Positions 16,875 through 27,033 of a stretch of 64,000 bases of DNA are shown piece after piece. The stretch is taken from positions 13,512 to 77,511 of the forward strand of contig JAFANP010000035.1 of assembly GCA_019232625.1 (NCBI GenBank), read 5' to 3'. Both the position numbers and the translations under genes were made by a program. The DNA is from Alphaproteobacteria bacterium. Lineage in GTDB: Bacteria > Pseudomonadota > Alphaproteobacteria > Sphingomonadales > Sphingomonadaceae. Positions within the stretch are counted from its first letter, which is position 1, and each line of letters starts with the position of its first letter. The notes under the pieces were generated by a model. The model searched no databases. It was not told the origin of the DNA and saw only the letters and a program-made list of their open reading frames with translations.

Positions 16875-17786
16875 TCACGCGGCAGCGGCCAGGCTCGCGA
16901 TCCGCTCCTCGGATAGCGTCCGCACAAGATCGCGAAGCTGCGCCACCCGGGAGTCCAGCCATTCGAGCTCCTCGACCGTGATGCGATAGTGGCGGGAGTA
17001 TCTTGCCTTCACATAGGCGGCGCGGAGCTGCTCGTAGGCCCGCCGCTGGAACTTCGTCTCGATCGGCCACACGTCAACCAGCCGCGGATCGAGCTCCTCG
17101 GCGAGTTTCCGGAGCCGGTTCAGCGAGTGCGTCTTGGGCGAGTAGAGCGTCCGCACGAGGATCAGGCAGTGGTAGAACCGCTCGGTTGCTTGGTGGAGTA
17201 GGAACGCCGCGAGCTTCGTATCGCCGTCCTTCATTGCGTAGCCCGTGTTTCGGACGAAGCCGACGGCGCTCTCGAACCACTCCTCGAAGTAGTCTCGAGT
17301 CTCACGAAGAGCCTCCTCGCAGGAGAGAGGCTTCGGCTCAGAGAAGGGATAGCCCGGCTCCTCGAAGAGGAGAATTCCCTCGCGCACGATGTCGACGAAG
17401 AAGTAGCGCCCGAACCCGAGCTTCTCGTTCACATCCTCGATGCTGTGATAGATGACGCTCACCGGCGTCCGCAGCCGCGAACCGGCCGCGAGTTCCTCGA
17501 GAAGCCGATCCTCCGTAGCCGCCCAGAACTCCCCGACCTCCGTGAGATCCTCGTGGTTCACGACCACGAGCAGATCATAATCTGAGAAATACCGCCCGAC
17601 CGGGTCATCGACCCAGTCCCCCCGGGCATAGCTCCCGAACAGGATGATCTTGAGGATCCTCCCCACCCGGAACCGCGGCGCCGTCCGGTGAGCGAGAGCC
17701 TTCGCGAAGCCCTCCTGGATCATCTCAACGACGAGCGCGAGCTCGCGCTGCTTTCCTGCCGGGAGGTGGCTGAGTTCGCGGTTCAC
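16875..17786 (-). CDS. Fused minimal nucleotidyltransferase (MNT, pol-beta superfamily) + HEPN domain protein
   Basis: LFGSYARGDW...FSDYDLLVVV matches the G[GS]x(9-13)DxD NTase motif. The C-terminal helical domain with ...AAYVKARYSRHY resembles HEPN (ARY signature). Start uncertain: GTG 17786 or TTG 17822. The upstream ~290 codons of the track ORF (to 18692) look like GC-driven read-through. Confidence 0.75.
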   Translation of the reverse strand: MNRELSHLPAGKQRELALVVEMIQEGFAKALAHRTAPRFRVGRILKIILFGSYARGDWVDDPVGRYFSDYDLLVVVNHEDLTEVGEFWAATEDRLLEELAAGSRLRTPVSVIYHSIEDVNEKLGFGRYFFVDIVREGILLFEEPGYPFSEPKPLSCEEALRETRDYFEEWFESAVGFVRNTGYAMKDGDTKLAAFLLHQATERFYHCLILVRTLYSPKTHSLNRLRKLAEELDPRLVDVWPIETKFQRRAYEQLRAAYVKARYSRHYRITVEELEWLDSRVAQLRDLVRTLSEERIASLAAAA

Positions 17787-17850
17787 GGACGGTAATGTCG
17801 CCGCGTCGGATTCGCTTGCCAAGAGGATTTCTCGGAGACTCAGCGCTGCT

Positions 17851-17889
17851 GCCGCAATCGAAGTGCTCGCAATGCCTGGAAATTGCGGC
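17851..17889. promoter_or_regulatory. Inverted repeat GCCGCAAT ... ATTGCGGC (23-nt spacer containing a third CGCAAT) in the divergent MNT-HEPN / DISARM control region
   Basis: Read directly. Located 25-60 nt upstream of the TTG start at 17914. Confidence 0.3.
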
Positions 17890-17913
17890 AATATAGCCTG
17901 AGGGGAGACGTGG

Positions 17914-20610
17914 TTGTCGAAACGAGGGAGGGACTGGGGCGACCGCAGCCGGAGCCAGCGGATTGCTGATGCTGGCCGCTCGCGCGGCGAGCGCGTCCGC
18001 GCGTTACTCGCCGCGCGCGAAAAGGTCCGAACGGTCGACCAACTACTGGCGCGGCCCGGAATGCGTGTTTCGACGGCGACAAGATATGCAACCACCGCAA
18101 AGCCCGACGATTGGGCGCCTCTGTCCGCCGGTGCGCCCGCGGTCGATTCGCTCGTGCAGTCGATACTTGACGGTAAGGACCGTGTTTTGCTCGGCTGGCC
18201 CGAGCGACCCGGGAACGGCTTCACCCTGGCCGCGCTTGCGATGCGCGAAGCGCGCGCCAGCGGCCGTCTCGCATCCGCTACGCTCGGCATCTGGCCCTGG
18301 CGCCCCGGGTTAATGCGCGCAGGGCGTTCCGCCCTCGTCCACCCGCAAGATCTTGCCGATGCCGCCCGCCACGCCTTGAATGACATCGAGGCCGGGGAAG
18401 CATGGACCGCAAGCGATCTCGCCCACCGCTCGCTTGCTATGATCGAGCTGCGGCTAAAGGACCTAGTGCTCCAGAACGCGCCCCCGCGGGTGGTGCGGGG
18501 GCGCCAGCGCGTCGAGATCCTGGTTCGCAGCCCCAGCTTAGTTGAGACTACCGCTGTGTTCCCCCCGCAAAAAGCTGGATTCGTGACCGACGCCGAGCAG
18601 GTTCTGAAACGCGTGCGTAACCATACCTTCCTTGGCGATAAGGGCGCGGGAATCCCTCGGGCCCGCGCTGAGGTCGGCTCCCCGGCCTCCACCCCTTTCG
18701 CACTTCTTGGTCTGCCGCCGGAGCGCTTACCCTCGCGCCTCAGGAAGCTCCTCGGCTTTGAACGAATTACACGGCACGGGCTTGATGCCGTAGTGGTTGA
18801 CTTGACCCGGCAGTCGCGGGCGGAGCTTGGCGATCAATGGGAGCGCACCCTCGCCATCCTGCTCGAGGCGCTCGATTCGGTCCCCGGAAGGCGGCCGCCG
18901 CTGGTCGCGGTGTGCGAGGATCCCTTTGCGCTGAGGGGAGCGGCGCGCGCGATGCGCTCGCATGGCGCGCAGTTGCGACCGCGGCGCGCCCCGCCGGTCG
19001 AGGTTGGCATCTACCTCGCCGAGGCCGGGTTCCTCGGCCGAGCCTCCGCCTTGCCGGAGCGCCTGCAGGACGTTGGGTTCACCGCAGATATCAAGGACGC
19101 ATCGCTCGTTCCAATCCGCGAGAAGCTCGTGACATTGGGGCGCCGTCTTCGTGATAGCGGTGACGGTGTGGGCGCGCGCGGCGTATCGCGCGCCCTCGCC
19201 TTCCTCCGGCGTGTGGCGAGTCTGCCGGTCGGACTCGATGAGGCAAGGTCGACTGCTGACACGCTGTTCGACGCGGACGACGAGGTCGATGCCGGGGTCC
19301 GCGCGATGTTTAGGCCGCGGATGGCGCTCGGCCAGCTCGCAGAAATCGGCGAAAGTTCGCCCGAGGGCGCGGCTGCGCGCGAGGCGGTAACGCTGATCGA
19401 AGCCCACATCGCGGGTTGGGGTGCAGAAACACCCGTCTCGGCTAAACTCGCAAATCTAATCGCGCGCGACGGCTGGAACACTCCGGCCACGCTCATTGCT
19501 GTGCCCGAGCGGCGCATCGCCGATGTGTTGATGGCGTCCGATCGCGGGGTCGCGTGGCGGTGCGGGATCGTCGATCATTCGGGGCTGGCTAGCGCGCTCG
19601 CAAGGGGGGATCTAGAGCGCGTAATTGTCACCGGCCCGAGCGCAACCGCAATTCGGGCCTTACTTACCAGTCCTGCTACGCCAGCCGAGGTTGTGCTGCT
19701 GGGTGATGCCTCAGGCTCGGCGCTGCTCGCCGGCGAGCTCGGACCGCTGGCCCGACTCCCTGGCTTCGCTCCAGTCGCCGCGCGGGCATCTGCGATGCAG
19801 GCCGCATTGAAGCGCGGAGGTCTCGACGAGCGCCTCGATGCCGGTGAGAGCGAGTTCCGCATCCTTCCGATTGCGCAGCCGCGCGACATTGACCTCACCA
19901 GGGAGGACGGGAACTACACGGGCGATAAGATCCTGCTCTCCACCACAACGCACCGGATTGCCTATCGTCCGTCGAGCGACGTGCTGGTATTCACCTCGGG
20001 CGAGGCGCGCCCATTCGAGAAGGTCCCAGCGCGCGAGGTCGAGCGCGGGGATCAGATCCTGGTTCTCGACGAGGAGATCCGTGATCGCATTCGGCACGCG
20101 TTAGCGACATCGCGGACCAGCCTAGCTCAGTTAGCCGATTACCACCGGCATATCGCCCGATTGCGCGAAGCACTCCCGGGATGGGTGCCCGACAAAGCGC
20201 GCGCTCTGCTTCGACGCATGCGCCAAATCGATCCGGCGCTGCCGGAAAGCGAGGTCCATAACATTCAACGCTGGCTGACTGCGGACCTTGCCACGCCTGC
20301 CGAAGATGGCGCGCGCCAACCGCGCGCCGCGCGAGACTGGCCCCGCTTTCACCTGTTTATGCAGGCGAACGGCGTCGACGAGATGCTGGCCCAAACCTAT
20401 TGGCGCTTCGCGATCGTGCCGACGCGCTCTTATCGAGTGCAGGAAGGCTTTCAGTTCAACCAGCGCGTCGTGCAGTTCGTGCTGGATCCTGAGAGCTTTT
20501 CGGCCGGGCAAGCCGATGGCGCGCTCCGCGGATTGTGGCTGTCGCTGCTCGACGCGGTTGATGACGTCGAGAATATCGAGCTCGTGAAGGGGGGAACACC
20601 ACGTGGGTGA
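17914..20610 (+). CDS. Large protein of unknown function in the DrmE position of a DISARM-like operon
   Basis: 898 aa, TTG start. 8-nt overlap with the drmA-like start. No Walker A, DExH, HKD or methyltransferase motif seen by eye. Possible N-terminal HTH (VRTVDQLLARPGMRVSTATRYA). Confidence 0.6.
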   Translation: MSKRGRDWGDRSRSQRIADAGRSRGERVRALLAAREKVRTVDQLLARPGMRVSTATRYATTAKPDDWAPLSAGAPAVDSLVQSILDGKDRVLLGWPERPGNGFTLAALAMREARASGRLASATLGIWPWRPGLMRAGRSALVHPQDLADAARHALNDIEAGEAWTASDLAHRSLAMIELRLKDLVLQNAPPRVVRGRQRVEILVRSPSLVETTAVFPPQKAGFVTDAEQVLKRVRNHTFLGDKGAGIPRARAEVGSPASTPFALLGLPPERLPSRLRKLLGFERITRHGLDAVVVDLTRQSRAELGDQWERTLAILLEALDSVPGRRPPLVAVCEDPFALRGAARAMRSHGAQLRPRRAPPVEVGIYLAEAGFLGRASALPERLQDVGFTADIKDASLVPIREKLVTLGRRLRDSGDGVGARGVSRALAFLRRVASLPVGLDEARSTADTLFDADDEVDAGVRAMFRPRMALGQLAEIGESSPEGAAAREAVTLIEAHIAGWGAETPVSAKLANLIARDGWNTPATLIAVPERRIADVLMASDRGVAWRCGIVDHSGLASALARGDLERVIVTGPSATAIRALLTSPATPAEVVLLGDASGSALLAGELGPLARLPGFAPVAARASAMQAALKRGGLDERLDAGESEFRILPIAQPRDIDLTREDGNYTGDKILLSTTTHRIAYRPSSDVLVFTSGEARPFEKVPAREVERGDQILVLDEEIRDRIRHALATSRTSLAQLADYHRHIARLREALPGWVPDKARALLRRMRQIDPALPESEVHNIQRWLTADLATPAEDGARQPRAARDWPRFHLFMQANGVDEMLAQTYWRFAIVPTRSYRVQEGFQFNQRVVQFVLDPESFSAGQADGALRGLWLSLLDAVDDVENIELVKGGTPRG

Positions 20611-23600
20611 GCCAGTCGCCTTAAGGGACATGGAGGCCGATGAGCGGCAATTGCTGAAGGAGGCGGTGTGCGACGCTATTCTCGAGCGCACGCGCCAGCT
20701 GGTGTCCGGAAGCGGTGACGTCGGTCGCACGATCTTGGGAGCGAAGCCGTCGCGAGTCTTGAGCAGCGGTTTCATTCTCCCGCGGATCGATGAGGATGGT
20801 GACGATGAGTCAAGCGACATCCGGCTGGCCGCACACGGCCTGGACCTGCGGATCAGGTCCGGCGAAGGAAGTTTCCGGATCGCGCCTACTCTAAGCGTCT
20901 ATGTGCGCATCCTGCCTAGTGCGGAGGATCTTTTCGCTCGGGCCGGCCGGTTGATCCCTCGTGCGGAACTGTCGAGCGACGCTGCCCAGCGAGCCAAGGC
21001 TGAAATTAAGCGGCGGCTAGATAGCCAAGGCGCCGGATTGAGCGGCCGCCCGCGCCGCGAGTTGCGCGCCAGCGTCGCGGCTGCCGTCTATCGCGATATG
21101 GGGGTCGAAGTGCCGACGGGCGCAATAGTCCCGCAAGGAGCGGAAGCGGAGTTCGACAGCGCGCAGACGGCGCAGCCTTCCGATCAGGCCACGCTGCCGC
21201 GGCTGCGGATCCCGAATGCGATCGCCAGGCGCTATGAAGCGCCTCCTAAATGGCACCGCGTCGATGTTCCGATCCCCTTGCTGGACCTGTCCCTACCCGT
21301 CGACGGCGACGTTTGGCGACCGCTTGTCGCTGAATACTGCCAGCAGCTTCATGTCGCGATTCACGATGCCTGCTTGGCATTCTTAGCGTCCGAGGAGAGT
21401 CGGGACTGGGCGTGGCGTCGCCGGCGCCCCGAATCCGAAGATTTTTGGTCACGTGAATCTTGGGAGGCGTATCTCCGCCGCGTCCGAGCCGATCCTCCCG
21501 TCGCCGCCGACGTCGTGCCGCAAATCCAGATGCAGCTCCTCGTCCAAGCACTTCCCGATCCAACCGCGCCGGGATGTCACTCGGTTCGCGTGGCGCTCGA
21601 AAATCTACGCGAGAGCGATGCCGACATGGAATGCGGGCTATTCAACGTCGCCGTCCACGTGGAGCTTCCGGACGCGGCGCTCGCTCCCATGCGCCTCGAG
21701 CGCGTGCGGCGAAGCTATCATCTCGCTGGGTTCATGACGATGCCGGCGATCGGCGTAAACGGCGGCGTTGAGGATCTCGGATGCAGCGCGGGGAGGCGCG
21801 CGCTCCGAACTACTTGGATGCCGCGCTACGTGCTGCCGCGCATGAAAGCGCGCGAGATACCCGCAGTTCCCACCGCCTACTCGCGGCTTTGCGACTCGGG
21901 CCAAGATGTGGGCGCCCTGTCGGCGCTTGCCTGCGCAATGGACGTCTGGCGCGAGGAGATCGCGCGGACGACCGATCTCAGCCTTCATCCGGACGAGGGC
22001 GACGCGCATGACGAGCAGCGCCAGCGTGAGCAATTCCAGGGCGACCTCACCGCATGGAACTATGAGGCGCGGCGGGTTGAGCTCGGCATTTCGGTGCTTA
22101 CTCGGTCACGAAGCGAATGGTTGAGCAATCCCGAGTCAAGCCGGGCAATCCCCTATCGGGCCTGGCTTCTCCTCAATCGCGCTTTTCACCGCGCAAATCC
22201 GCAGCGGGAGAATGAGCCGACGCCGGGATGGCGCCTCTTCCAGCTTGCCTTCATCCTCGCGCATCTGCCGACATTGGTCTCGCGCCTGCCCGAGTTCGAA
22301 GGCGATTTCCGTGCCGATTTCGATGAGGACGCTGCAAGCCTGCTTTACATGTCGACCGGCGGCGGCAAGACTGAAGCGTTTTTCGGCACAGTCGTTTTTG
22401 CGCTGTTCTTTGACCGGTTGCGAGGGAAGCACCGGGGCGTCAGCGCAATGATGCACTACCCGCTGCGCCTCCTAACCGTCCAGCAGGCCCAGCGTCTCGC
22501 GCGCCTGCTTTCCCACGCCGAGATGGTTAGACGGGCCGAGCAGGTCGATGGCGCGCCATTCGAAATTGGTTTCTGGGTAGGTGGCGGCAATACGCCCAAC
22601 CGGACCGAGGCGCGCGCCGGAGTCGTCCTCGATGAACTCGCGATGATCCCCGCGTGGAATGCCCCGCGAGCGCGAGACGAGGAGGCCCTACTCGATGGCA
22701 CGGCGCCCGGCGAACGCGGCTATGCGGCGGCTCACGCCGCGTGGAATAAACTGCCGAGCTGTCCCTTTTGCCGATCAGAGACCCAAACCGCGTTGCGGCT
22801 GTTTCCCGAAGAGCACAACCGCCTGGGCATCTTGTGCCTCAACCGCGCTTGCGAGTGGAACGTGGCGCACCAACAGGCGTCGCGAGCAGTGCCGCTCCCT
22901 TTTCTCCTCACCGACTCCGACATCTACCGGCGGGCGCCCTCGGTGCTCCTTGGGACAATCGACAAGCTAGCTCTCATCGGCCAGAATACTCATACGATCG
23001 ACAATATCGCCGGCATGTTTGGCATGGCGAGAACGGTCGAGCGCGGGGAGGCGAGGCTCCTCGCTAATCCGACGGGACAGGACCTTTCCGGCCTCGAAGC
23101 TGTTGAGGTGGAGCCTGTGGCGCCAGCGTTCGACGGCGGGATCGAACTGTTCCAAGACCCTTTCCCGAGCCTAATTGTTCAGGACGAAATGCATCTGCTC
23201 GAAGAGAGCCTCGGCACCTTCGGCGGCATTTTCGAAACCGGCCTCTTTGCTTGGCTTCATCGGCTGGCCCCGTTGCTAGGCCCGCGGGCGGCACGCGTGC
23301 CGGGCGCCCCCGACCGCCCTCGCCTGCCGCATGTGATTGGCGCCACCGCCACCGTGTCAGATGCCGCGAAGCACGCGCGCGCGCTCTACCAACTTAAGGT
23401 GCGGCAGTTCCCGCACCCTGGGCCAGCGCTGCATTCGACCTTTTACAGCGGGATCGGCGAGTTTGCCGCATCGGGTCCCGCTGCGGCGCGGGCTGTGATG
23501 CTGGCGGGTGATGGCGATTCGCAGCGCGACCTCGAACGCGCAGCGCCTTGGGGCCGCCTTCATGCCAGCATCATGACAAACGGCCGGCTCCACACGGTTA

Positions 23601-24820
23601 CAACGATCTCCGTGCTGGCTGCGCATGCCGCCACTATAACACGATGGCAGCGAGACCTCTCTTCGCCGGACATGGCTCGGCGTGACCGTGCCGCAATGGA
23701 AATCGAGGAGAGCGTATCCGATGCGCCCTATGCGCCAGGCCGCCGTCACGCAGTGGGCGCCACGCGGGCGGCGGGCCGGTTTGACCGGCTTGCGGCATTG
23801 GTCGATCTGCATCGAATTGAGCTCACCTATGTGACGAACAAGAAGGGCGGGGACCAAATCCTCGCTGCGCTTGCACCAGAGGCTTACGAGGCGCACGCCG
23901 CGATGGGCGACGATTATCAGCTGTCTGCCTTCATGACCGAACTGATCTCAGGCGGCGTCGACATCGCCGGAATACAGCGAGTGATCCAGGCCGCCGAGGC
24001 GTCGTTCGACCCGATGGCGGACAACATCTCCGACGCGCTGCGCGTGATCGTCGCAACTAGTGCGATTTCACACGGCGTGGACGTGGAAGCGTTCAACGCC
24101 ATGGCTTTTGCCGGCATGCCATCCGACATCGCCGAATATATTCAGGCAAGCTCGAGGGTCGGACGCACTCATGTCGGATTCTCGCTACTCATCCCGACCC
24201 CCCAGACTCGCCGGGACCGGTTTGTCGTTGAAGTGCATGAGTCCTTCCACCGCCTTCTCGAGCGCATGATCGCACCCCCAGCGATTGAACGCTGGGCCGA
24301 TAGGGCGATTGCGCGGACGGTGCCTTCGCTGGTGCAGACATGGTTGGCAGGCGTTCAGTTTCAGCGACGGATGGTCACCGCTGCTAATCGCGAAAAACCT
24401 CTCGTGCCTTTGCCCGCCACGGTGGAGCAGCTCAGCCGGATCCTCTCTAATCCGGCCGAATTGGCGGACTGCGCGGCATTCGTGCGCGAGGCGGTTGGGA
24501 TCCACGGCAGTGAAGGTCGGCCATCGAACCCAGAATATTATGCGGACTTGGTCGCCGAGGAGCTGCGCAGGATCGAGGTCGCGGCATCTTCGGACCAGTT
24601 CACCGGACGACTGGGGGACTTCTGGAACAACCGGCTGAGCGGCCTCCAGCGACCCATGACCAGCCTGCGCGATGTTGATGCCGCAGGCACAATTCGCGCT
24701 TCACGCGTCGATACTCACAGTCGCCGGGTCGACGACGAAGCCGTCTATGCCGCCATGGCCTTTCTCCGTAACCGCGGCGCCCGGCGGACAGCGACGAGCG
24801 AACTCGATCAGGAGGGATGA
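20603..24820 (+). CDS. drmA: DISARM DrmA-like superfamily-2 helicase
   Basis: 1405 aa. Motif I LLYMSTGGGKTEAF, motif II LIVQDEMHLL (DExH), motif III GATATVS, motif VI-like IQASSRVGR, and an inserted CPFC...C...C zinc-ribbon-like stretch. Confidence 0.8.
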   Translation: MGEPVALRDMEADERQLLKEAVCDAILERTRQLVSGSGDVGRTILGAKPSRVLSSGFILPRIDEDGDDESSDIRLAAHGLDLRIRSGEGSFRIAPTLSVYVRILPSAEDLFARAGRLIPRAELSSDAAQRAKAEIKRRLDSQGAGLSGRPRRELRASVAAAVYRDMGVEVPTGAIVPQGAEAEFDSAQTAQPSDQATLPRLRIPNAIARRYEAPPKWHRVDVPIPLLDLSLPVDGDVWRPLVAEYCQQLHVAIHDACLAFLASEESRDWAWRRRRPESEDFWSRESWEAYLRRVRADPPVAADVVPQIQMQLLVQALPDPTAPGCHSVRVALENLRESDADMECGLFNVAVHVELPDAALAPMRLERVRRSYHLAGFMTMPAIGVNGGVEDLGCSAGRRALRTTWMPRYVLPRMKAREIPAVPTAYSRLCDSGQDVGALSALACAMDVWREEIARTTDLSLHPDEGDAHDEQRQREQFQGDLTAWNYEARRVELGISVLTRSRSEWLSNPESSRAIPYRAWLLLNRAFHRANPQRENEPTPGWRLFQLAFILAHLPTLVSRLPEFEGDFRADFDEDAASLLYMSTGGGKTEAFFGTVVFALFFDRLRGKHRGVSAMMHYPLRLLTVQQAQRLARLLSHAEMVRRAEQVDGAPFEIGFWVGGGNTPNRTEARAGVVLDELAMIPAWNAPRARDEEALLDGTAPGERGYAAAHAAWNKLPSCPFCRSETQTALRLFPEEHNRLGILCLNRACEWNVAHQQASRAVPLPFLLTDSDIYRRAPSVLLGTIDKLALIGQNTHTIDNIAGMFGMARTVERGEARLLANPTGQDLSGLEAVEVEPVAPAFDGGIELFQDPFPSLIVQDEMHLLEESLGTFGGIFETGLFAWLHRLAPLLGPRAARVPGAPDRPRLPHVIGATATVSDAAKHARALYQLKVRQFPHPGPALHSTFYSGIGEFAASGPAAARAVMLAGDGDSQRDLERAAPWGRLHASIMTNGRLHTVTTISVLAAHAATITRWQRDLSSPDMARRDRAAMEIEESVSDAPYAPGRRHAVGATRAAGRFDRLAALVDLHRIELTYVTNKKGGDQILAALAPEAYEAHAAMGDDYQLSAFMTELISGGVDIAGIQRVIQAAEASFDPMADNISDALRVIVATSAISHGVDVEAFNAMAFAGMPSDIAEYIQASSRVGRTHVGFSLLIPTPQTRRDRFVVEVHESFHRLLERMIAPPAIERWADRAIARTVPSLVQTWLAGVQFQRRMVTAANREKPLVPLPATVEQLSRILSNPAELADCAAFVREAVGIHGSEGRPSNPEYYADLVAEELRRIEVAASSDQFTGRLGDFWNNRLSGLQRPMTSLRDVDAAGTIRASRVDTHSRRVDDEAVYAAMAFLRNRGARRTATSELDQEG

Positions 24821-27033
24821 GGGTGCGAAAGGTGCAGCCGCCGAGCATGCAACGCTCGCGAAGCCAGATTGCAACGGCCTATGCGCCGCATAGCCTCTTC
24901 ACCTTCGAAGGCGGCCGCGGGGCCTGCATTGCGCTGCCGTCGAGCGCGAATCGCACCATCGAATTGCCCTTCGTCACGATGCGGACAATCGGCGAGCAGG
25001 TGCAGGAATATTTCAGCGCTTGGGCCGACCGCGCGCAGCGGGGCAATAACTTGGCCCATCCGGTCCCTCCCGAGCTTGCAGTCGACCGCCGCGTTCTTGT
25101 CGATGGCGTGGTGCGGGTGAGAACGGGGGAGTTCACCTTCCAGATTCCCGACTTTGCGAGCTACCTGCCGTTTCCGCTTTCCTTCGCGTGCGGACGATGT
25201 GGGCTGCACCGTTCGAGCCGGGGCGTCGATAGCTTAGAGCGCGATGCCGAACGGTTCCCCAGCGCGTGCCCAACAGGCGCCGCGAGCTGCGCCAACGACT
25301 GGGAGCAGCTCGATGTCGTTCTGACCCACTGGTCAGGCGAGATCGAGGCGATAACCCCGGCCTATCGTTACTGGGCATCCGAGCGGCAGGAGGTGCGCGA
25401 GCTAGACCGCTGCGCCAACTGCGACGAAAGCCGCTTCTACCTGCGGCGGCCACCCGGGCCGCTCGCCGGCTGGCACTTCGAATGCGTCAACTGCCGCATG
25501 CCGCGCCAGCTGTTGCAGCGCGATCGGCCGACTCTGCGCGCTCTCGGCCCCCTGCTCGACGCAGGCACTGCCGCCATCGCTGAGATCAACATGGAGCCGA
25601 TCTCCTATCGGGCGTCCGCGGCCTATTATGTCCACGGCGACCGGCTGCTCGTCTTCAAAGACGACCAGCATCTGGGTCTCCTTGCGGAGACGCAGGCATC
25701 GGCGCTGGAGCGACTGGTATCCGCGCGCTTCGGCTATCCCCCCGCAGCCTTGACCGATGCCGAGAAAGAGAGGCTGCTTCGCGCCGCAGGACGAGGATCG
25801 GAATGGGACAATCATGTCCAATTGCTCGCCATCCTACGCACACTTGAGAACCAGAACGTCGGCGAGGAGATGCTCGGAGCACAGCGCAAGGCAATTGCGG
25901 ACAAGGAGGCCGAGTGGGCGGCCACCGTATTTCTAGCGCACGCTCAGGCTGCGCCGGGGATCTCGGCGGCCTGCCGCGGGCGCGGAGACTATGTGCGTAA
26001 GCACGATCCCTTGCGCATGGCGGTGGAGCATCTGACGCTTGAGGAGGAGAAGCTTCGAGGCGGCCAGATGGCAGACGGCAAGGAAGTGTCAGTTGACGTC
26101 ACCATCCTCGACCCGTTTCTCAGGCCGGATGGGCTTGATGAAGCTGATCTCCAGCGCCAGGCGGCGGCCTCGCGGACGCGCCTCGCTCTACTTGGCATAG
26201 AGGAGATGCGACTGATCCGCGACGTCCGAATTTGCGAATACAGCTTCGCCTATACCCGAACGTCGTCGATGCCGACTGTCCAGCGTGACAAGTCGGGTTC
26301 TGCCGAGCTCCCCGTGCGCCTGCGCCTGTTCGAGAAGGTCGAAGTCGCGGACACCGCACTCAACCCAATCCTCTGCTCCGTCCAGTCGAACGAGGGCTTC
26401 TATGTTCGTTTGGACGAAGCGTTAGTCCGCGACTGGCTCGACGCCAACCACGTTCTGCTCCCGCCTGCAGATCCCGTGGTCCGCCTAGGCGGCCAATTGA
26501 TCGAGGACTTCGAGAATCTTGAGCGTGATCCCGACACGCGCTTCTCGCGTTTTCTCGACCAATATCGTCGCGAGGGCGCTCTGACGCGGCGCCCATACCC
26601 ATTCGTCTACACGCTGCTTCACACCCTCGCACACCATCTAATCGACACCTGCTCAGCAATGTCCGGACTGGATCTCGGTTCTTTCGGCGAGCACCTGTTC
26701 GTGCCCGACCTCGCCTTCCTGATATATCGGCGCGGAACCACGATGGACCTTGGCAACCTCTCCTCGATGTGGCGCGACCGGGGGGATGCAGATGTCGGCA
26801 ATGAAGTGCTCGAGCACATGCTGAACCCCTCGAGCCTAAGATGTGGTTCAGAGAGCGTGTGCAACCGACGGGGTGGCGCGTGTCCCGATTGCACGCTTAT
26901 TCCGGAGAACGCCTGCATTACGCGCAATGAGCTGCTCTCGCGCTCTGTGCTGGTCGGACGCGGTAAACCGCGCTGGGATGCCGGCACGCCGGACCTCGTC
27001 GGGTATCTCGAATTGGCAGCGAGGCGGCCATGA
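24817..27033 (+). CDS. drmB: DISARM DrmB-like DUF1998 protein
   Basis: ATGA overlap with drmA. The C-terminal cysteine cluster LRCGSESVCNRRGGACPDCTLIPENACITRNELLSRSVL is typical of DUF1998. Additional N-terminal CxxC pairs. Confidence 0.75.
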   Translation: MRVRKVQPPSMQRSRSQIATAYAPHSLFTFEGGRGACIALPSSANRTIELPFVTMRTIGEQVQEYFSAWADRAQRGNNLAHPVPPELAVDRRVLVDGVVRVRTGEFTFQIPDFASYLPFPLSFACGRCGLHRSSRGVDSLERDAERFPSACPTGAASCANDWEQLDVVLTHWSGEIEAITPAYRYWASERQEVRELDRCANCDESRFYLRRPPGPLAGWHFECVNCRMPRQLLQRDRPTLRALGPLLDAGTAAIAEINMEPISYRASAAYYVHGDRLLVFKDDQHLGLLAETQASALERLVSARFGYPPAALTDAEKERLLRAAGRGSEWDNHVQLLAILRTLENQNVGEEMLGAQRKAIADKEAEWAATVFLAHAQAAPGISAACRGRGDYVRKHDPLRMAVEHLTLEEEKLRGGQMADGKEVSVDVTILDPFLRPDGLDEADLQRQAAASRTRLALLGIEEMRLIRDVRICEYSFAYTRTSSMPTVQRDKSGSAELPVRLRLFEKVEVADTALNPILCSVQSNEGFYVRLDEALVRDWLDANHVLLPPADPVVRLGGQLIEDFENLERDPDTRFSRFLDQYRREGALTRRPYPFVYTLLHTLAHHLIDTCSAMSGLDLGSFGEHLFVPDLAFLIYRRGTTMDLGNLSSMWRDRGDADVGNEVLEHMLNPSSLRCGSESVCNRRGGACPDCTLIPENACITRNELLSRSVLVGRGKPRWDAGTPDLVGYLELAARRP

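Noticed and set aside
17787-18692. Upstream ~300 codons of the track ORF 16875-18692
   Set aside because: This stretch is antisense to the 5' part of the DISARM leader gene and has Arg/Ser/Ala-rich non-protein-like composition. The MNT domain begins near 17786-17822.
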